NCBI RefSeq assembly: GCF_000025945.1
Contig: NC_006138.1
Span: forward strand, 630,001-662,000
Length of the DNA: 32,000 bases
Source: Desulfotalea psychrophila LSv54
GTDB taxonomy: Bacteria; Desulfobacterota; Desulfobulbia; Desulfobulbales; Desulfocapsaceae
Reading direction: 5' to 3'
Below the pieces are notes generated by a model that saw only the letters and a list, made by a program, of their open reading frames with translations, was not told the DNA's origin and searched no databases. Of the stretch, positions 29,183 to 32,000 are shown piece by piece. The position numbers were made by a program, and so were the translations under genes. Every line of letters starts with the position of its first letter. Within the stretch, counting starts at the first letter, position 1.

Positions 29183-30124
29183 ATGAAAAATATAATCAAC
29201 ATAGGTAGCCGGAAATCCAAACTTGCCATGTGGCAGACCAACACCATCGCCGGACAGCTCGAAGCGGCCGGCATGGAGACCAGAATCAACAGCATGGAGA
29301 CTAAGGGGGACAAGATCCTCGACAGATCCATTGTCAAGATCGGCTCCAAGGGCGTCTTCACTGAAGAGCTGGAGGTACAGTTGGCAACAGGGATCACCGA
29401 TATTGCCGTCCACTCCGCCAAGGATATGCAGTCTCAACTCCCCGAGGATTTTGAGCTCATCGCCTTCAGCCAACGAGAAAAGGTCAACGACGTGTTGGTC
29501 AGCGACGACAAAGAGATCGATCTGGCCGACCCGACAAAAAAGATCCGGATCGGCACCTCCTCTGTCCGGCGGCGGGCCATGCTCAAGCAGTACTACCCCC
29601 ATGTACAGGCAGTTGAAATGAGGGGTAACCTGCAGACCCGCATCGAAAAGATGAGAAATGGTGACTGCGACGCCCTGATGCTGGCCTATGCCGGGGTCAA
29701 GCGAATGGAAAATGACGATATGATCGTTATGGAATTTGACACCGCCCGTTTTACCCCGCCTGTGGGTCAGGGCTGCATTGCCATAGAGGCCGCCACCAAC
29801 CTCGACCCGGCAAGACGAGAGGCAATTCGCACGGCCCTTAACGATGCGGACAGCGAGAGCTGCCTCCTGGCCGAGCGAGCCTACCTGAAAAAGCTTGAGG
29901 GCGGTTGCAGCATTCCCGCCTTCGGTCTCGCCTGCCTGGAGGGAGAAGAACTGGTTATGCGAGCAGGACTCTCAAGCCTTGACGGCACCAGAATTCTGGT
30001 AAAAGAGGTCAGGGCCAATCGCAGTGAAGCCGAAACACTGGGCAATAATCTGGGCGAGTATATTCTCGAAAACGGCGGTCGTGAGATGTTGGCGGAGATT
30101 CGTCGCCAGCAAGCTGGAGAGTAG
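29183..30124 (+). CDS. hemC: Porphobilinogen deaminase (hydroxymethylbilane synthase)
   Basis: IGSRKSKLAMWQTN, VHSAKDMQ, RIGTSSVRRRAML, MRGNLQTRIEKM, and the cofactor cysteine region LEGGCSIPAFG. Confidence 0.97.
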   Translation: MKNIINIGSRKSKLAMWQTNTIAGQLEAAGMETRINSMETKGDKILDRSIVKIGSKGVFTEELEVQLATGITDIAVHSAKDMQSQLPEDFELIAFSQREKVNDVLVSDDKEIDLADPTKKIRIGTSSVRRRAMLKQYYPHVQAVEMRGNLQTRIEKMRNGDCDALMLAYAGVKRMENDDMIVMEFDTARFTPPVGQGCIAIEAATNLDPARREAIRTALNDADSESCLLAERAYLKKLEGGCSIPAFGLACLEGEELVMRAGLSSLDGTRILVKEVRANRSEAETLGNNLGEYILENGGREMLAEIRRQQAGE

Positions 30125-30187
30125 ACAGAGCCACCTCTACACCTGTGTGGCAGGAGACTGCCGCACAACATTGGGAACGGGATCAGT

Positions 30188-30893
30188 ATGCGTCTTGAAT
30201 GTCATAACCTCTATTTTTCTTATCCGGGTACGGATATTACCATCCTGGAAAAGATGAGCTGCGCCTTTTCCCGGCCCGGCTTCCACTCCGTCTTCGGCCC
30301 ATCGGGGGTGGGCAAGAGCTCCTTTGCCAAGCTGATTGCCAGGGCCAACAGTCCCACCCAAGAAGACTATCAGGGCAGCATCGTACTTGATGGCATCGAA
30401 AAGATTCTCTACTCATACAACCTCGAACGCCTCCCCGGTTGGGAAAGCACTGGCAAGCATCTGGAAAAGATCGTTGCTCCCGCTAAGCACGCCCTCAAAG
30501 AGAATCTCATCGACATTTTTGAAATCAGGCCCCTTCCTGGGGTCACGCTTCAACAAACTCTCCATGGGCCAACAGAACAGGGTCAACCTCATCCGCTACC
30601 TTCTCCAGGATTTCGACCTTCTTATCCTCGATGAGAGCCTGGCCAACGTTGACGAAAAACTGCGCCAAACAATCATCGTCCATATCAAGGAAATTTTTCC
30701 TGAAAAGATGTTTCTCTATATATCTCATAACCTGATGGAGGTCTCCTCTTTCTGCGATGAAATCATGGTCTTTGGGGCCAACAATGAAAAAAAACATTAC
30801 CGGGTAATCGAAGGCCAGAACTGCCAGCTGAATAGAGAAGTAGACAAAAGAAAACGAGATGTTACAATGCTAGAAGTAATGAACTCCTTCTAA
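30188..30893 (+). pseudogene. ABC transporter ATP-binding protein, reading frame split (+1 shift between Walker A and signature halves)
   Basis: Frame of 30188 carries FGPSGVGKSSFAKLIARANSP (Walker A). A different frame (ORF 30336-30893) carries NKLSMGQQNRVNLIRYLLQDFDLLILDESLANVDE (signature, Walker B, D-loop) and YISHNLMEV (H-loop). The crossover must lie near 30530-30560. Confidence 0.8.
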
Positions 30894-30923
30894 GTATTTC
30901 AGAACTATATCTCGGAGAATAAG

Positions 30924-31679
30924 ATGCTTTTTCGAAGAATATATCAGTTTCTTATCGTCTACCTCACCGGGGTAAGCACCCTGCTGCTCATCAAGCATAG
31001 CCTGCAGCTCTCCAACTACGTCATCCCCAACATTCCACTTATCCTGGAGACCGCCCAGACTAACGCAGGCCCCTATTTCCTCGATGTACTCAATACCCTG
31101 GGCATAGCCGTGCTCGGGCAGATAATCTCCATCGCTCTGGCCTTTAGCGTCGGCATTGCCGGCAGAAGATCTTCCTGGATGGGTTCTTTTATCAAGATGG
31201 CTGCCTACAATATCCAGGCATATCCCATTGTCGCTCTGGCCCCGATCATCTTTATCCTTCTGGGCGACGGCTTTATCCCCCGACTTCTTATCGCCTCCAT
31301 GATCTGCTACTTCCCCCTCCTCCTCTCCGTCCTGGGCATAATGTCCACCCCAATTAAGGATATCGAACACTTCTACCGGGTCACCGGCAGAATGCGCTGG
31401 CAACTTGAGGTAAAGATCCGGGCCTTTGAAAACCTGAATAAACTGACCACCGTCATTTCCGGCAGTGCCACCCTGGCCATGGCAGGGGCCATTGTGGCCG
31501 AATTTATTGCCGCCAATGCCGGCATTGGCTATTCAATCCGTATAGCCCTCTACCAGAGCGATCTGGCCAAGATACTTATTGCCCTCTTTATGATCGGCAT
31601 CGTCATATCCGTCTACCAGGGCTTTTTGGAATCTTGCAGTGAAAAAGCCAAGATACACTGGGGAATAGCGGGAGACTAA
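30924..31679 (+). CDS. ABC transporter permease (SsuC/TauC/ThiX-like)
   Basis: BPD-type permease with EFIAANAGIGYSIRIALYQSD and several TM segments (VLNTLGIAVLGQIISIALAFSVGIAG). Confidence 0.88.
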   Translation: MLFRRIYQFLIVYLTGVSTLLLIKHSLQLSNYVIPNIPLILETAQTNAGPYFLDVLNTLGIAVLGQIISIALAFSVGIAGRRSSWMGSFIKMAAYNIQAYPIVALAPIIFILLGDGFIPRLLIASMICYFPLLLSVLGIMSTPIKDIEHFYRVTGRMRWQLEVKIRAFENLNKLTTVISGSATLAMAGAIVAEFIAANAGIGYSIRIALYQSDLAKILIALFMIGIVISVYQGFLESCSEKAKIHWGIAGD

Positions 31680-31716
31680 GTCTGAGTAGCATACCCTCAA
31701 CCTTAAAGGAATCTGC

Positions 31717-32000
31717 ATGAAAACAATATTCGCCCTCATCCTCGGTTGCTGCCTCCTCACCTTCTCCACCAGCAGCGCCTGCGCCCAGGAGGAGACCCTG
31801 CACTACCGACTCAAATGGCTCTTTAACTCAAGTGTTGCCGGCGATATCTACGCAGAGAGCGGGGGATATTTTGCCAAGGAGGGACTAAAGGTCAAGGTCA
31901 AGGAGGGAAGTCCAGAGAAAAACGCCATCAAGGAGTTAGAACTGGGACAGGCAGATTTTGGGGTGGCCTCAGCCGATCAGGTTATCAGGGCTCTGGAAAA
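31717..32000 (+). CDS. ABC transporter substrate-binding protein, NMT1/SsuA/TauA-like (partial, runs off the window)
   Basis: ATG 31717; signal peptide MKTIFALILGCCLLTFSTSSACA; YRLKWLFNSSVAGDIYAESGGYFAKEGLKVKVKEGSPEKNAIKELELGQADFGVASADQVIRALE; open to the window end. Confidence 0.88.
   Translation, partial: MKTIFALILGCCLLTFSTSSACAQEETLHYRLKWLFNSSVAGDIYAESGGYFAKEGLKVKVKEGSPEKNAIKELELGQADFGVASADQVIRALE

Noticed and set aside
1-32000. CRISPR arrays, tRNA/rRNA, transposons, prophage or integron signals
   Set aside because: No regularly spaced repeats, transposase or integrase motifs, or tRNA-like sequences were seen by reading; a tool-based scan would be needed for certainty.

Overview
The window looks like an ordinary chromosomal segment, probably from a cold-adapted sulfate-reducing deltaproteobacterium (Desulfotalea-like; this is inferred from gene content and not proven). 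I see no transposase, phage, CRISPR, tRNA or rRNA. From left to right: (1) the 3' end of an uncharacterised CDS; (2) a complete membrane-bound [NiFe] uptake hydrogenase operon on + (small subunit with Tat signal, large subunit, cytochrome b, hypF, hypC, hypD, hypE, maturation protease, hypA, hypB); (3) a convergent two-gene DUF4125/DUF4037-like pair; (4) a five-gene + strand cluster of exported or lipoprotein components (COG3014-like, YcfL-like, LpoB-like, DUF6844-like, CsgG-like); (5) an L-cysteine desulfidase/UPF0597 gene and a CbiK-like cobaltochelatase on -; (6) a stand-alone TviB/WbpO-type UDP-sugar dehydrogenase; (7) an M48 lipoprotein protease; (8) a DctPQM TRAP transporter on -; (9) pgeF, a two-component pair and hemC on +; (10) an SsuABC/TauABC-like ABC transporter whose ATPase gene is split by a +1 frame change, followed by a permease and the start of a substrate-binding protein. 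The best leads are the frame-disrupted ABC ATPase with non-canonical motifs, the overlapping DUF4125/DUF4037 pair with a nucleotidyltransferase-like motif, and the five-gene envelope cluster. I found no convincing entirely new system.
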